From Catajapyx aquilonaris (taxonomy: Eukaryota), in assembly GCA_000934665.2 (NCBI GenBank), contig JYFJ02000290.1:62001-126000 (forward strand): a stretch of DNA of 64,000 bases, in the 5' to 3' direction. This document shows positions 1-13,364 of this stretch, piece by piece. The position numbers were made by a program, and so were the translations under genes. Below the pieces are notes generated by a model that was not told the origin of the DNA, searched no databases, and saw only the letters and a program-made list of their open reading frames with translations. Each line of letters opens with the position of its first letter. The stretch's first letter is position 1.

Positions 1-1406
1 AATTTTTAATTAGTTTTTGTTGGCAGTCTGATTTTGGACACATTAATTTTTCAGATAGTCAAAAAACAATTTTATTGCCTACTAATCAGCCATCATTAGG
101 CACCATAATAATTAAAAATAAATTATCTAAGATACCTGGTCCCTCCTGTGACAGACAATATCCAAAATCGCGAATTTTAAATTCAGATTTTTGCAATGTC
201 AAATTAAATCGGACAAAAATACTTACAGCATTAGCAACAACGTTCATTAAAAATTGTGGTGCCACAGCAAAAACTATCATGTAAGATATTCTTCGCAGGT
301 GTATGATTTTACAGGAATCTAGACGTAAAACATTAAATTACTGCCGCATTTTGATCAATATTCCACGAGTAAGTAATTGCGCACAGTTTAAAGAACCATA
401 AATTTTTTTTACACGGCCCCATATGCTCTCTATATCATAGATGAGAGAATCAATGGAAAAAACAAACAAACAAACAGACTGAAGACATCCAGCGACGTCC
501 CAATAGATCTGCGGAATCAACGTTGGGGGTCAAATGGACCCGCCCTAACCGGCAGCAAACAAGCTTCTCTTGACTTAGTACAAGAGGAGGAAAACGCTGA
601 CAGCCAAGAAATGAGTCTACTCGATCAGATAGAACCCTCGGAAAAGAAAAGGGGGGGGGACAAATCGCGACCAACTCTGTTTTTTTTTCCACATCACTAT
701 TTTTTGCTTGAAAAATCACGCCCCATGCTGGACGTGGGGTGAAATAACTGATGTGGAGGTTTTGTCACACAAAAAAATACTTGGAGACAGCTGTCAGAAG
801 AGAGAGATGAGTTGGATAATATTAATGTGGACATTATTTTATAGCAGTGTGTATATATACGGTGGAGGTAGAGAATTTTGCAGAGAAAAGGTATAAAAGG
901 GAAGGATTTTCATTACAGCTTGCTTTTAGAGCGAGCATCATGTCAAAACATAGCGGTTCCTCGAGGCGATCTCTTGATTAAAATGGGAAGGATTTGTAAT
1001 TACTGCGCAGGGAGGATTAGGAAAATACCGTGGAGAAGCCCTCCCTCCAGATATTTGCTTCCCAATTTCTACACGCACGGACTGCACTAAAAAGTGTCTT
1101 ATTTTCTTGCAAGTGCCCCTGACGGCGCTACTAAATGAGGACAATATCATCTTGAAAACCTGACAGTTTGTTTACTAACGTTGGATGAGCTGCATTTTGC
1201 AGTTGTGCTTCAGGATAAAATCCAGATCAGGCTGATTAATCATTAAAATGACTAATTACAATTCCTATCATCACTCTCTCGTGCAAGCTCTCTGCTTTTC
1301 TTTTAAAAAATGCCAAAATATGCAAATAATTCAAGGCAAGTGCCAGTGAGGAATGCGGCTGCATTTCTAACGAGTCCAGACTAATGTCTACCGGGTGTAA
1401 AAGTTG

Positions 1407-1853
1407 GCTCAGAGAAATTAAGACTCGCCCCAAACCCGACACTTCATTGGGAAGTGCCTCAGTCTTCTTTTCCCCTTGCTTCTCTCCCAAGCACTACAGC
1501 CCGATCCATTACACCATTCCGACATTCATCATTTGGTTAAACGCGTTCCAGCCTCGCTTAATCTTCCTTTTGAGGGGGCTCCGCACAGCCTGCTAACTTT
1601 CTTTTTCAAGAGGAAGATAGCAAATTGAGGCAGCCAGAGGAGTTTGTGGGTAGAACTTTGACTGACTTCAGAATTGGTTGTCGAGGGAAAAGGAAATTTT
1701 CGCGGCGGGCTCTTCTCTCTCTCCAACTTGCTTCAAAGAGAGACACGCAGTTTCATTTCCCAGGCTCTGAGAATTCAATAACTGAAAGAGGTAAAGATAT
1801 TTTCTAGTCCCTTCTATTGGGCATTCTTGCCCTTTTTTTTAAAGGTTCTGAGC
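1407..1853 (+). ncRNA. Candidate structured RNA island
   Basis: ATCTTCCTTTTGA (1561-1573) pairs with TCAAGAGGAAGAT (1606-1618; 13 bp, 1 G-U), nested in GCCTC/GAGGC, AGCCCG/CGGGCT and GCTCAG/CTGAGC. Confidence 0.4.
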
Positions 1854-2528
1854 GTGCAGCATGCTGTAAGCTTATCATTGTGCCGGATATTACTAGAGAG
1901 AGTCATAAAAGGTTACAACTCCCTGCACCTTCCTCGGAGTCAACCTCTCGAGATCATTAGGTTCATTTCCTCCATCCCTATATAGAAATTTCCTTCTCCA
2001 TAAAATCGCGTTTTCGATTTACTATAGAAAAAGGGGTAATGCGGAGGAACACGAACCTCTTCCTGGAGTTCTTCCGGTTCTCTTAATGGATTCAGATTGG
2101 AAAACTATTGAGAGACACACCGGATATGACCTGACCCAGTTTTGTCGACAATGTGCGACAATGTCATATATATGTAAACTACCTGGAGGGTGAAGAGCTG
2201 CAAACTAATTTCAGGGCGATGTTGTACTAGCGCGATTATGCTAACTACAAAAGGTGTTGGCAGGAAAGGGAATTGTTAACTAAGGAGACTTGTTAATGAA
2301 ACAAAGAGAATCTGTGCACACCTATATTATTTTGCGCCTGCTTATGTTTCAAGTCTCTGTGTTCACGCTGTAATTGCTACATTATTAAGAGGCCATCTTG
2401 CAGAGGGTTGCAAAAATTCTCCATTTTATTGCCCCCCCGCAGCCAAGCCTCCATATATTTTATCCCAAAAGACTAATAGTGTGTCCGTTTTCATCTCTCT
2501 CCAGGGGTCACTCAGTACACCCTCCTAT

Positions 2529-3240
2529 ATGACCTCCCAAGACATGACTGTAAATCACACCCTCAAGAGCCGGAAGAAATTACGTTTCAAATGATGCCAA
2601 CTCAGCTTCGTCACTCACATATTTGGAAAACTAACCACATTTATCATTATTTTGGAACCAATCCAGTCGCAGCAAGATTAAGGAAATTTCAAGAACTTAA
2701 GCAGGACTCCCCATGTCGTAAATGGACATCGCTCGACCTGGTGAAAATCGCCCAAATGAGATTAGCGACCAAGTTTCCACCTCTAGTTTTGAGTAAGAGC
2801 GAGATAGCACGTTTTGCCAGCAGGGGATCCCCCTTGTTCCGGGGGGCTCCGGGAAAGCAATTTGGAGACACTTGGAGCTTGCTGCCCGCTGGCCCGGAGT
2901 GAAGAAAGCAATCCAGGCGAAAATGAGAGAGCTCTATCACTGTCACAACAAAAAAAGGGAAAGTGGGGGGAGGAGAAAGAAAAAAAGGGGGAAGAAGGAC
3001 CCCCCCTCTCTCCCTTCACTATTCCTCCATTTGAACCTCTTTTATCGAGCTTCTCTTTCAGGTCTCAAAAACTCCTTTCTCGACCAACTGCTGTCGACTG
3101 TTTGTTGCAACCGACTCAACTACACCCGGGAGGGGTGCCTGCTGTCTCCAGTACACAATTGGTCTCAACTTGTCCACACAGGGTGGTTCGTGATGATTTG
3201 GGCTAACTTTTAGGGGAGTTTCTGGGCATCTTGGGGTCAT
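2529..3240 (+). ncRNA. Candidate ~710-nt rod-like RNA
   Basis: Nested helices 2529-2546/3227-3240, 2705-2712/3213-3220, 2750-2757/3196-3203, 2767-2772/3159-3164, 2818-2843/3125-3144 and 2925-2934/3047-3056. Confidence 0.55.
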
Positions 3241-4919
3241 TTTTATGTAGGAATGGCAAAATAATTACATGATGCCCAGGAAGTCACTCGATCAGTATGA
3301 ATCATTGGGAAACACCCTGTATGTCGTCTGTGTCGACCGTACTGTATACAGTACGTTCTGTTCATTAAGAGTGGCGCAGAATTTTAAATGAGTTTTAATT
3401 ATTTAACATTGTAAAGAGGCTTGGGTGCATTGGTGCGTGGAAAATTATAATTACGGCAGGCGAATTCAACAGATTTTTTAAACTCTCGCGGAATTGCGTT
3501 ATGCATTTTTTTTTGAAGGACCAATAAAGAATTTAATTAGGTCACATGCACTTTGCTTTACTGATGTTTGAGGGGCCTAGTTGAAACGATTTTTTTTGGT
3601 AAAAAAGTTATTATACGAGCAGCAAAAATATTTTCACAACGCACATCCATACCATACCTTTGGCGTAATACAGTAGTTTAATTATGCTGCTCAGCTAAAT
3701 TCAATATCCTGCTTCGAGACTAGGTAGCATTGTTCATTAATTAAACATAATAATTTCTTATCATGCAATTAATGTCACATTCCATGCTAATATAAGTATT
3801 ACATTATAATTATATTATTTTTATTATAAATAAAAGTCAGATGTCTCGTATGAGAAAACATGCAACAAATTCCAAGAATCACATGATGAAGAGGTGAGGG
3901 AAAAAATGTCGGCTCCTGCGCATCACATAGAGAGGCCTTTACTGGTAGTTTGAATGTGAGAAAATGCTAGGTGACTGCTGAGATAATGGGAAGTCAGGCC
4001 GGGTGGAGGGTAAGTTTTTGCCAGCACTTAAAACGACGGGTCCCGACCACCGAAGGAATTACCTCGAGCAGGGATTAATGGCCGAAGTGGCCAGATGGGG
4101 GCTCTAATTTTCGACCGCTCCGACCGTCGCTGGATAACCGACGATTAAAGCATTATCCCCCCGACTTCATTAAACCCAGCCCCAGTTGTCTTCCACATCA
4201 TCGGCTTAAAACTGGTGGAAAACAAACACCAGGATTTACGCGGTCAAACAGGATTAATCTTTACGTACACATCGACTTCAAAATGGGAAATCTGCAGCAT
4301 GTTAATGGCCCCCGATGTTCTAATCCCAACCTTCTAAATGTCATATTAACATGGACATGGATGCCAAATATTTGATTTGTTAAACGGTTAAATTGTGTTC
4401 ATCCTGTAAGTTAGAGTGCTGCTATGTGAATAGTGGTGTAGTGGTGGCTATGATTAGTTAGGATAAATTATTGTACTCACGCATTATCATGCTCGACAAT
4501 TACTATTCCGCAACACATCACTGCAAATTATGACTCGAAAAAAATGGTTTAGTCAAAACATTTGCTCGGTTGTGCGTTCAAATAGGCATGATTACCCATG
4601 CAGTGAGCACGACTGCGTTCTTTTCAGACCTGAAAAAAAACCTGGTAAATATTTGCGAGCCGATGTCATGCATGATAATGTGTGACTTGTAAATAGGCAA
4701 GGTGGGGAAAGTGAGTTGTGCGTACATATGCATAAACACGGTGCAGTTGGCGGAGTTGTGCAATAAATTAATACTAAACATGCAAATTGTCTCGCCCAAT
4801 TTTACACCGTTCTAGCTTCCTAGCTTATAACCCGGCCCTCGCATATATCCCAAAGTTTCCAGATTTGTGTGCTTGACGAACACGGCAACGTCGTGTAACC
4901 CAACTGCATCAACCATGAT

Positions 4920-5365
4920 CCTTAATACAGGCACAACCCTTTTGCAATATACACACGCGTTGCATTACGGGCTTCATTTTAGCAGAGCTTCTCGTTTGTG
5001 CATGCGTAATACTGGTGATGAAGTTTGGCTTGGCTTTCCTTTTTTTTTACTGAGGATGTATAAAAAATATATATGGAAGGGATTGGGAGAAGCTTTCCTA
5101 CACTACGACCTATGAATTTTGAAAGGCATAGATTACAACGGTGCTTGGTTCCTGCGCATCCTAAATCGTGCTGAGACTTGGTAATGTTCAAAATGGGTGC
5201 GGGATACTTTGGTATAACAAGTGTAATTCAATCGATTTACTGGCACTGGAAGTATGTAGCTGGGTAAATGAGAGGGAAAAAAGGGGGATCTTCGGTGATA
5301 TTGATCAATGGGAACCGATAGGAGACGTAATTGGAGTGCGGTGGCTTGTGTTGACAGTATTATTA
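4920..5365 (+). ncRNA. Candidate structured RNA island
   Basis: AGAGCTTCTC (4984-4993)/GAGAAGCTTT (5087-5096), plus further hairpins at about 5150-5205 and 5235-5270. Confidence 0.3.
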
Positions 5366-6231
5366 GTGGCGGTTTAAATTGGAAAGACATCCAGCACAGT
5401 GCTTTTGCAACGGTATGATGTTGAAAGAGAACCGATATTCCAAAAAAGCAGGCTTGATGAGGTACCATCAATATAAATATTGATCTGAACTATACTAAAG
5501 TCAGTGTAGAAATGTGACATTCTCTGGGGCATGCAAAGCAGTGAGTGAACTTGGCAAAATTCTGAAAATTATTAGAATTGAAAATGACGTAACACTGTTA
5601 TAAATGGCAAGAATACTTTAATATGGCCTGCAAATAATTATCATTCGAATAAATTAAAATTAAACTTATTTTTACGAATAAATAAACGCAAACAGTGTTT
5701 CCAGCAAGGTTTATTAGTTAAAATTTATAATGTTAATCTGAAGTGGTGGCAATAATGTAAAAATGTTATGATAATAGTTAATACGTCTCGTAATAAGGAT
5801 TTATACTAATATTCAGTAATTAATTGGGACAATGCAATATCATTAGTATTCGGCCAATGGTTTACACATTTGTTGTGTTTAGTGAAGGTATCAATACCCA
5901 TTTTAACGGCTTCCAATCCGAGACTAGCCCATATTAAATCGCAGATTATGATGTAAAAGTAATGTTATTGCAGATTGCCAGAACATTACGAGAGCAATCC
6001 CCATAGATTCAAAATTTTCCAATCAAAAAAATTATAATCCGAAATTGTTTACCACCAGCAATTTGCAGAGCCGATAATTAGAAAACTAGTGTATAGATAC
6101 TATTATTAGTTTCCTTGATTGTAAAGTACTGATGCAAGCTTAATAATCGCATTATCTCGATCTAATTATTTCAACCTATCAACAATTTATACATCGTCAT
6201 TCACTTTTTTTTGTCAACTCTGAACCCGAAA

Positions 6232-6895
6232 ATGGCACGAAAAGCAGTGTGACCAGTCCCAAGAAGCAAGATTGCCTACTAATTTTGTATCGCTTGGTCA
6301 TGAGTGTCATTACTTAAGGAGAAGCCAACCCCTCTGTCGCCTCGGGCCTAATTCGGCTTCTTGTATGCAACACCGGTGCTTTGGCTATAGGTACCGGTAC
6401 AGGTCGCATAAAAAAAAATGTAACGCGCGACTCCCTTCGTTTCTGCCAATCAGCGACCACCTCGCTGAAACCATTTGGACTTGGCAACAAGCATTCATCA
6501 CTTTGCGTGTGTGGTCCTGTATTTTTTGTCGCATTCGACCTGTTTTTTTTTTTCGACACTCATATCCTCTTCAATGATCTTGGAAAGTTTGGGGGGACAA
6601 TAGAGGTTGGAGGGGGAAGAGTTGAAGTGATGTTGTGGAAGCGGGGGGAGTGAGGGAAAAATGAGCTTCCAGTCTGGACACAATCGGCCATTCAAGGGAT
6701 GCAACACACAAAAAAAAGGCTACTGATTTTTCTACCAAGTCATGTGCCATCAATGGACATCGATGTCCCTTTCATGCCTGGTTTCCCATGGTTTCCGGAC
6801 CCTACCGTCATGTCATCTCCGTATCTAGACTCGGGGGTATATTCGTTTTCACACGACAGCCACTGGTCCATAAAAAATATAGTACCGGAACCAAA
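6232..6895 (+). ncRNA. Candidate multibranched structured RNA
   Basis: ATGGCAC/GTGCCAT closure, AGAAGCC/GGCTTCT, ACCGGTGC/GTACCGGT, ATCACTT/AAGTGAT and TTCCGG/CCGGAA. Confidence 0.35.
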
Positions 6896-8045
6896 AAAAA
6901 GTGCGGGAAAAATATTGACAAGCTTCTGCCGCAAGAAGTGAAACAATTTTTTATTCAATATGCGGTGTTCGTTTCAGTTAGAGAATTTTTAGTCATCCTA
7001 TTTATTTATTTACTACTATATGCGTATTACAATATTTCATCGATTTTTTAAATTATGGCAATTAATTTTTACATTATATTATGTCAGTAGTATTTAGTCT
7101 GAAAGTGGGGTCATTTTGCAAAATTACAAAACAATGCACGTGCAAAAAAAAATGCGTTCGCTTCAGCAAATAAAATATGTAGGGCTACTGTGCTTCGCCG
7201 ACTAATGCATAGTAATCCGAACAAGTTTGGACGTAAATGGCGAGCGTAATTTACGATTATAATCATGTAGTTTCATAAATAACTTCATATAACACCCACA
7301 TTATCGATTCATTACACATGTTACACCGACGTTGGCAATATGGCGATTGCGGCTTCCCCACCTCAAAATTAGTCCAGTGTCAACATTTTCCGGCTGTAAT
7401 TTTTTTTTCGCAACAATTTTTTATTCAACCCAACAGTGTGCAAAAAACACGGGGAGGGGCATTAATCCTGGGGGTCTTGTCAAGAAGGACGTTTGCTGCA
7501 CTTTTGGCTGCCATTTTAAATCTCGCCGGCTTTGAGAAGCTTAATTGCGCTTTCCTAATGAGGCATCAACTGGTGTCATGTTTCATTTATGACGGAATTA
7601 ATGAACTGAGGCTGCGCGCTTCATAAATCCCCCCCAACTTGCCGCGATAAGAATGATAAAACCGTTGTTTAAAACGTCCGGGATGTAAAATTGACTACGT
7701 CATGAAAATGGATGGCGTTTCCTCCGATTGACGCTTACTCCAAAAAGTTTTTTTTAATATAATACACCGTCCCCCCACAGTGCCAAAAGTTTTTACGGGA
7801 ATAGTAGCCCCAACTTTCGGAGAGTCATTAGAGCAGTGGACCAGATCACTCTTTATGAAGTGTCGAGCAATATTCGTCACAGTTCATCTACAGCATGAAA
7901 AGTCACATTAACTTAAAATGTGATCATATATGAATAATCAAATGAGCCAGAAATTCAGGATTTTCTGTCTGCACTTGTATTTTCTTCAGATATTGTGATG
8001 CTGTTGTACAGTACTAGCTTCAAAATAAGTTAAACTATAGTAATT

Positions 8046-8606
8046 CTATCTAAATACGTCCAACCGGATCCGACATATCTCCAGATCAGCCCGCAGAAAC
8101 AAGTTTCGCTTTTGTACACCAACAAACCACAACTTTAAAAAAAAAACCCTCCCATAATTTTCTTCCAGCAAAGTGACAAGTCCACATTCGCCACTCCCCA
8201 GAAAATCCGGGAGGCCTCCAAAACCGTAGACATGTTCCGGAGGCAAAAGCGATCCCCCCCGGATGATTATCTGAAAGGCTCATCTCCAGAGCATGCTGGA
8301 GGGGCCGTGTTCATGAAAGATTAATCTGGTGGCCTCGTGCTATCGCTGGACTCCCGGTGAAATAGTGTCCCGGAGCTTCCCCGGAGAGCCATACGTTGTA
8401 CCAAGGCTTCCGGTTGGTCATCTACCTCTCCCTCAGAATAAAAAAAAAAGAATGTTGCCAGACCCAGAAACTGATTGCTCCTGATCTTCAACATTGGGGT
8501 TGGAGGAATCATGGCTGGTTTTTTGGGGTAGGAAAAATCCGGATGACTCGACCCATTTATTAACGGTGGACTCACGCCGATGTCCGGAATGTTGGCAAGC
8601 AGATAG
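8046..8606 (+). ncRNA. Candidate ~560-nt multibranched RNA
   Basis: Nested 8046-8051/8601-8606, 8060-8064/8591-8595, 8069-8076/8580-8588, 8179-8185/8566-8572, 8196-8205/8519-8528 (G-U) and 8207-8213/8351-8357. Confidence 0.5.
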
Positions 8607-9909
8607 GTGGGTGAAGGATTTAGTGATGGTGGACCCACCGGGAATGGAATGAAAAGGCAAGCACTTTGTGCTTTTGTTGCGGGAGGAGCTCCCACGGTTA
8701 CATTTTTCCACATAAATTATTCGGCTTTCAGCGTCTCAGGTGATAAACCAGCTCAACCAAGGCGCATCCTTTACGTGCGTACATGAGAAAAATGCGGCTT
8801 GGTAGGGGTCCTACACAAGTTTTTTTTTTTAATGTGATGGTATGATGAGGGTTGTCGGCCATATTTTCCTTATAAGATGGTGCGCCGGACATTACAAGCT
8901 TGGTAAATCGCAATGTCCTGGGCTACCGGTGAGTCTAATGGAGTGTAATACCACTACACGGTTACTGGCTACTTGCTCGTTAGCGTATATTTGTCAAGAA
9001 GGAATTTACGTACTAAGCAAAAAAAAATCTTGATCAGAAATTGGAATTAAAAGTGAAGAAGAAATATGCATGAATTAATTTGTCATTTTATGAGGAAACC
9101 GGACAAATTCTAATTTCAGTTGGGCATTTAGACTTAGTGCAGTTTTGGGACTTTTCCCTGAATCAGCTGCAAGTAAGCCATCAGTACGCAAAGTTTCAGC
9201 ACTCGCAGTGCCGGACATACAGACAAATTTTCTGATATATATATATATATATATAAAGATGAAAAACCAACATAATTACTGAAAATCTCAATGCTGTTCA
9301 AGAAGTGTCCTGTATGTAGGACTCTATAGGAATATCTTGGTTAAAATAATAACCAGAATAATTTAGAGCATATACGAGTATATTGCCATTAATATGATAC
9401 AAGCTGAGGCACAAACATTCGCTAAATTTAACACTATATCCGTTTAGCAAGAGTGATCATATTGTAACTTTGGAAAATTAACAGGATGATAACGACCAGA
9501 TATTGCCCTCGAGGAGCATAATTATAATGTTACAGTGTATTTTCATGCAGACGCCAGTTTTTCTTTCTAAGCATACAGTATTTGGTGTACGGTGCACAAA
9601 AAAATCTAACGTGGGTTTAAACAAGCCCGTGGGCCAGGTACAAACAATATTTCAACCTTTGCAAAGCCGCTAAGTCCTTAGGCCTCTATTAAAACATGGG
9701 CGAAAAATTGTAGTACATTTGAACACAAAATGAACCAAGAGACTAGTCAGAAGGTTGATATCGTCCCTACAATTTTAGACTTGTTTTGACCAATCTAGCC
9801 ACTGTTAGCTATAGTCATGAGTATTCCGTATTTCAATGACTATTTTCATGAATTCGACATTACCCGCCCAAAGTAAAAAACTTTGGTCCTGGCGGCATCC
9901 CTGCAGCAG

Positions 9910-10408
9910 TGGTCCCCCTCCAAGGATTAGAATAGCCTACATTGTTGGTGATTTAGACCCCGTTCCAGGAAGTCCACCAGCTACTCCCCGAGTAATAAAA
10001 AGGGTCTTAAAAACCAAGGAGGAAAAAAAAGCTTGTAAGGGAGTCCCTTCCACTATCTCTGGTCGCTTCTAATTCCAATAGCGACCCTGCCGGGAGCTTA
10101 TATATTCCCTGGGTTGTTTGGAATTTTTGGGTGGTCCTTCTCCTACTACTCAGCAGATCATAAACACTCCCAAAATGGCCGCGGCTTTGCTTCGTTACAA
10201 AGCCTAACTACCAGGGAGGCCTGAGCTTGCATTAGTGGGCGACGTACTATTAAAGTATTTCCTGGAGTAATCAGTCTAAGGGAAAGAAAGACCCTTAAAA
10301 AGTTTGGGGGTCTCCTCCCCGGGCATAGGATTTCTTCACTCTTCTAGTAGTAATTACACTCGAATGTGGCTTTAAGTTACACTGCCACAACTTAAAAGTG
10401 GGGGTCCA
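9910..10408 (+). ncRNA. Candidate rod-like RNA
   Basis: AGACCCC (9955-9961)/GGGGTCT (10307-10313), AAGGGTCTT (10000-10008)/AAGACCCTT (10288-10296), and an internal GGTCGCT/AGCGACC hairpin. Confidence 0.42.
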
Positions 10409-13364
10409 TAGCATTGTTTGAGTAAGAAATGTCATCAGAGGCGCCGAGTAGAAGTAAGTAATGCGTCCGGTGCAAAAGTAAGCTGCGAAAAGTATGGCCC
10501 TTTTACTTCTTGTTGCCAAGAAAGGCGGCTTTGTAATTGTGCAGATTACCGAGCTATTAAGCGGAGGAAAAACGGTGGTAACCACATATTAGGGAAGAAT
10601 GTACCTAATTGTAAAATCTAATTTTGAAATTATACAAACAGTGCGGTTATTATTCGGTGTCAGCTAGTTGGGACGTTAACGATAACTCAGCTTATTTATA
10701 TAAGGGCAGGTTGCACCACCATGCACTGTAATTCACTGGGGGACCGGAGTTGTTGATCACAAATACCGTCTACAGTACTGACTTGAAGACAGTCCATCTC
10801 TTAGATGTACTGACGTGAAAAAATCACATCACGATGTACCAAATTTATGTACCGACTTGGATATCAAAATACCGTCCACACATCTGTACTCGTATAGACG
10901 CTACTTGTTGATCACAAAATACTACCTCAGAGTATAGGTACATGATTTACAGTGTGGATAATAGCAGCATGTTAAATCACCAGAAAATGAAGGAAGAATT
11001 AAAACTAATTATTAAATAACCAACTACAATTCAACAGCCGTTTTTCCACATCGAACTTGTTTCAATGCTTGTTGCCTGCAATAGTCGAATATACTGGACT
11101 CAATTGACTCCAATGAGTTTTTCTGTAGCCTTCATTAACTGTCCGCTCATTTAATTGTTTAACACTTGCATCAATTGACCATCAGGATCGTGCGTAGATT
11201 TGTTAACGAATGAAACGACAAATTCTCACTTCAAATTGCTAATGATCCCTATCCTCATGCATTGCACCATCTCTCATCTAATTCCTCTCACGTGAACTAC
11301 AGGTACCTGCAACGATAACTTTGAAAAAGCGACACCATTTTCAATATATCCTTGAAAATTACCACTAAAAATGCATGACATTACTCTTAAATGCATGATA
11401 AAAAGTGTTCTGACGGTTTAAAACTTCTGTTTAGTTCCCAGAGGGTCCTCATGCGTGATGAGGTTTTGCAATGGTGGCCCGAAGAGATTGGGGCAGCCTC
11501 TCCCCTTTGGCAACATTCCAGTCCGGACCACAAGGGCTTTATAAATGCATATGCAGCATGTACATTCTGACAGGTGCAAAATGTCAGAAAAGTGTAAAAA
11601 TTGGGTTTATTTTTCATCATCCTTCCACTCCAGCTTTTGTTATCCGTCAAAGTATGACATCCACAACCTTTTCGCATTTTTTTCTCTCAAGAATGTAGCT
11701 GCCGTGCAAAATTGAATTACGTGCATGCAGAGGATACTCACGCCTTGGAAAAACTTCTTTATCGGAGTCATGACTCGTTAAATCGGACCACTTTTTGTGT
11801 CATTTCCACCACCTTTTTTTTTAAAAAAAATGTAAGACCCTGACATAGTTCGCATATTTATTCCAGAAAAATTCATCAAAAAATAACAAAAATCGTGGTG
11901 GTTCTCTTTTTACGGGGTTACTCGAGAATTCAAGGCACGCAAGCCCATTCTCACCGCATCCATTAGAGTGCGCACATTACCCCTTTAATAGCGCACGAAA
12001 AATCTCAGGATTATAGTTTGGGAGGGGGGGGGGGGTACACAAAAAAAGGAGTATGAAAAAGCACCGCACGACTAAAGCTTCAATGTGATCATCCGGAAGT
12101 GCTCTGGGAATATACGGGCTAGCATGCAACAAGCTCTTGTTTGTCCATTTTGTTGCCTGACCGCCTGGCAGGTAGGTGGGCACTAATCCTGTCTCCTTTT
12201 TAATACATCTACACAAAAAAATGAAAAAAAAAACTTAGAAAGGTTTCGTGAGGACACTTGGTTGGCTTTCGTGCAATATTCTGAAAGGAAACCAGCGGAT
12301 TCTTGCCTTCCGGATTTTTTGTGGTTAAATATTGTGGAGGAAAACTTCCAACCAGAAATAGTGTCCAAATTGGTCTTACATTAAAATGTGATTTACGCCC
12401 CATATTTTCCATTGGTCACTAAGACAAAGTAGGATGAATGTGATTGGTATAGATTCTATCTATAAATTTTGGATTCTACGTTTTCTCATCACTTTCCTAT
12501 CCGCTAATCCAGGAGAGGGTGTAATTTTTCCAGGAGCTGGAATAGATCGATTTTTTTTTTCTTTCGGGTTAATTGGTCTCATCGGCGTCCGGAAGAAAAT
12601 AATGATCATCGGAATTGCTTCCGATGTTCAGCCATGGGACAAATTGGTGCTATAAACATGGATTTTTAAATCCCTCTTTTCAATGTTTACTGGCTGGTTC
12701 CAAAATAGATGTGAACCCTGTTGCTGTCCCTGGAGGACACAATGCTATCAATTCCATGCTTGCTTTTGCCTTGCAAAAGTTACATAATCAATATTTAAGG
12801 TGCTTTTAAAAACTAGCAGACTTGGCCCCATTGCGTACATTTTTTTTTTGACTGACGTATACAGTCAATTTGCAAATGTGACGGCACAGTGTATACCTGG
12901 AGGCGAGATTTTGGTTGTGGCTAGTGTGCAAAGAGGACAGCAAAGCTTTACATGTCCTGTGGACGCATCAAGGGATATTATCTCTGAAGTTTCAAGTAAA
13001 TGATGTGCTGGATTATGAGCACTGAACTTACGACGTTAGTTGAATGTGTAGGAGTCTGCATTTATTACAGGCTGCAATGCAAAGCATTGTAAACTCGAAG
13101 GTACAATTAAATTCATTCCCTTTGGAATTAGCCTTCAATATACAGTAAATACAAAGTGATATGTAAGTGCTGGCCAACAACGAAGTCTTAGAACAAATCA
13201 ATATCAAACCCCTCACTTTATATGTTCTCATTTATTCCATGCTGATTATGCGGCAGTGAACCCAATGTAAAGGTGCTGAACTATTAATATACTAATGGCT
13301 TCTGAGTGCTGATAGCAATCTGTTCCACATAGAGCACCACAGAACTAGCACTATTCCATTGACA

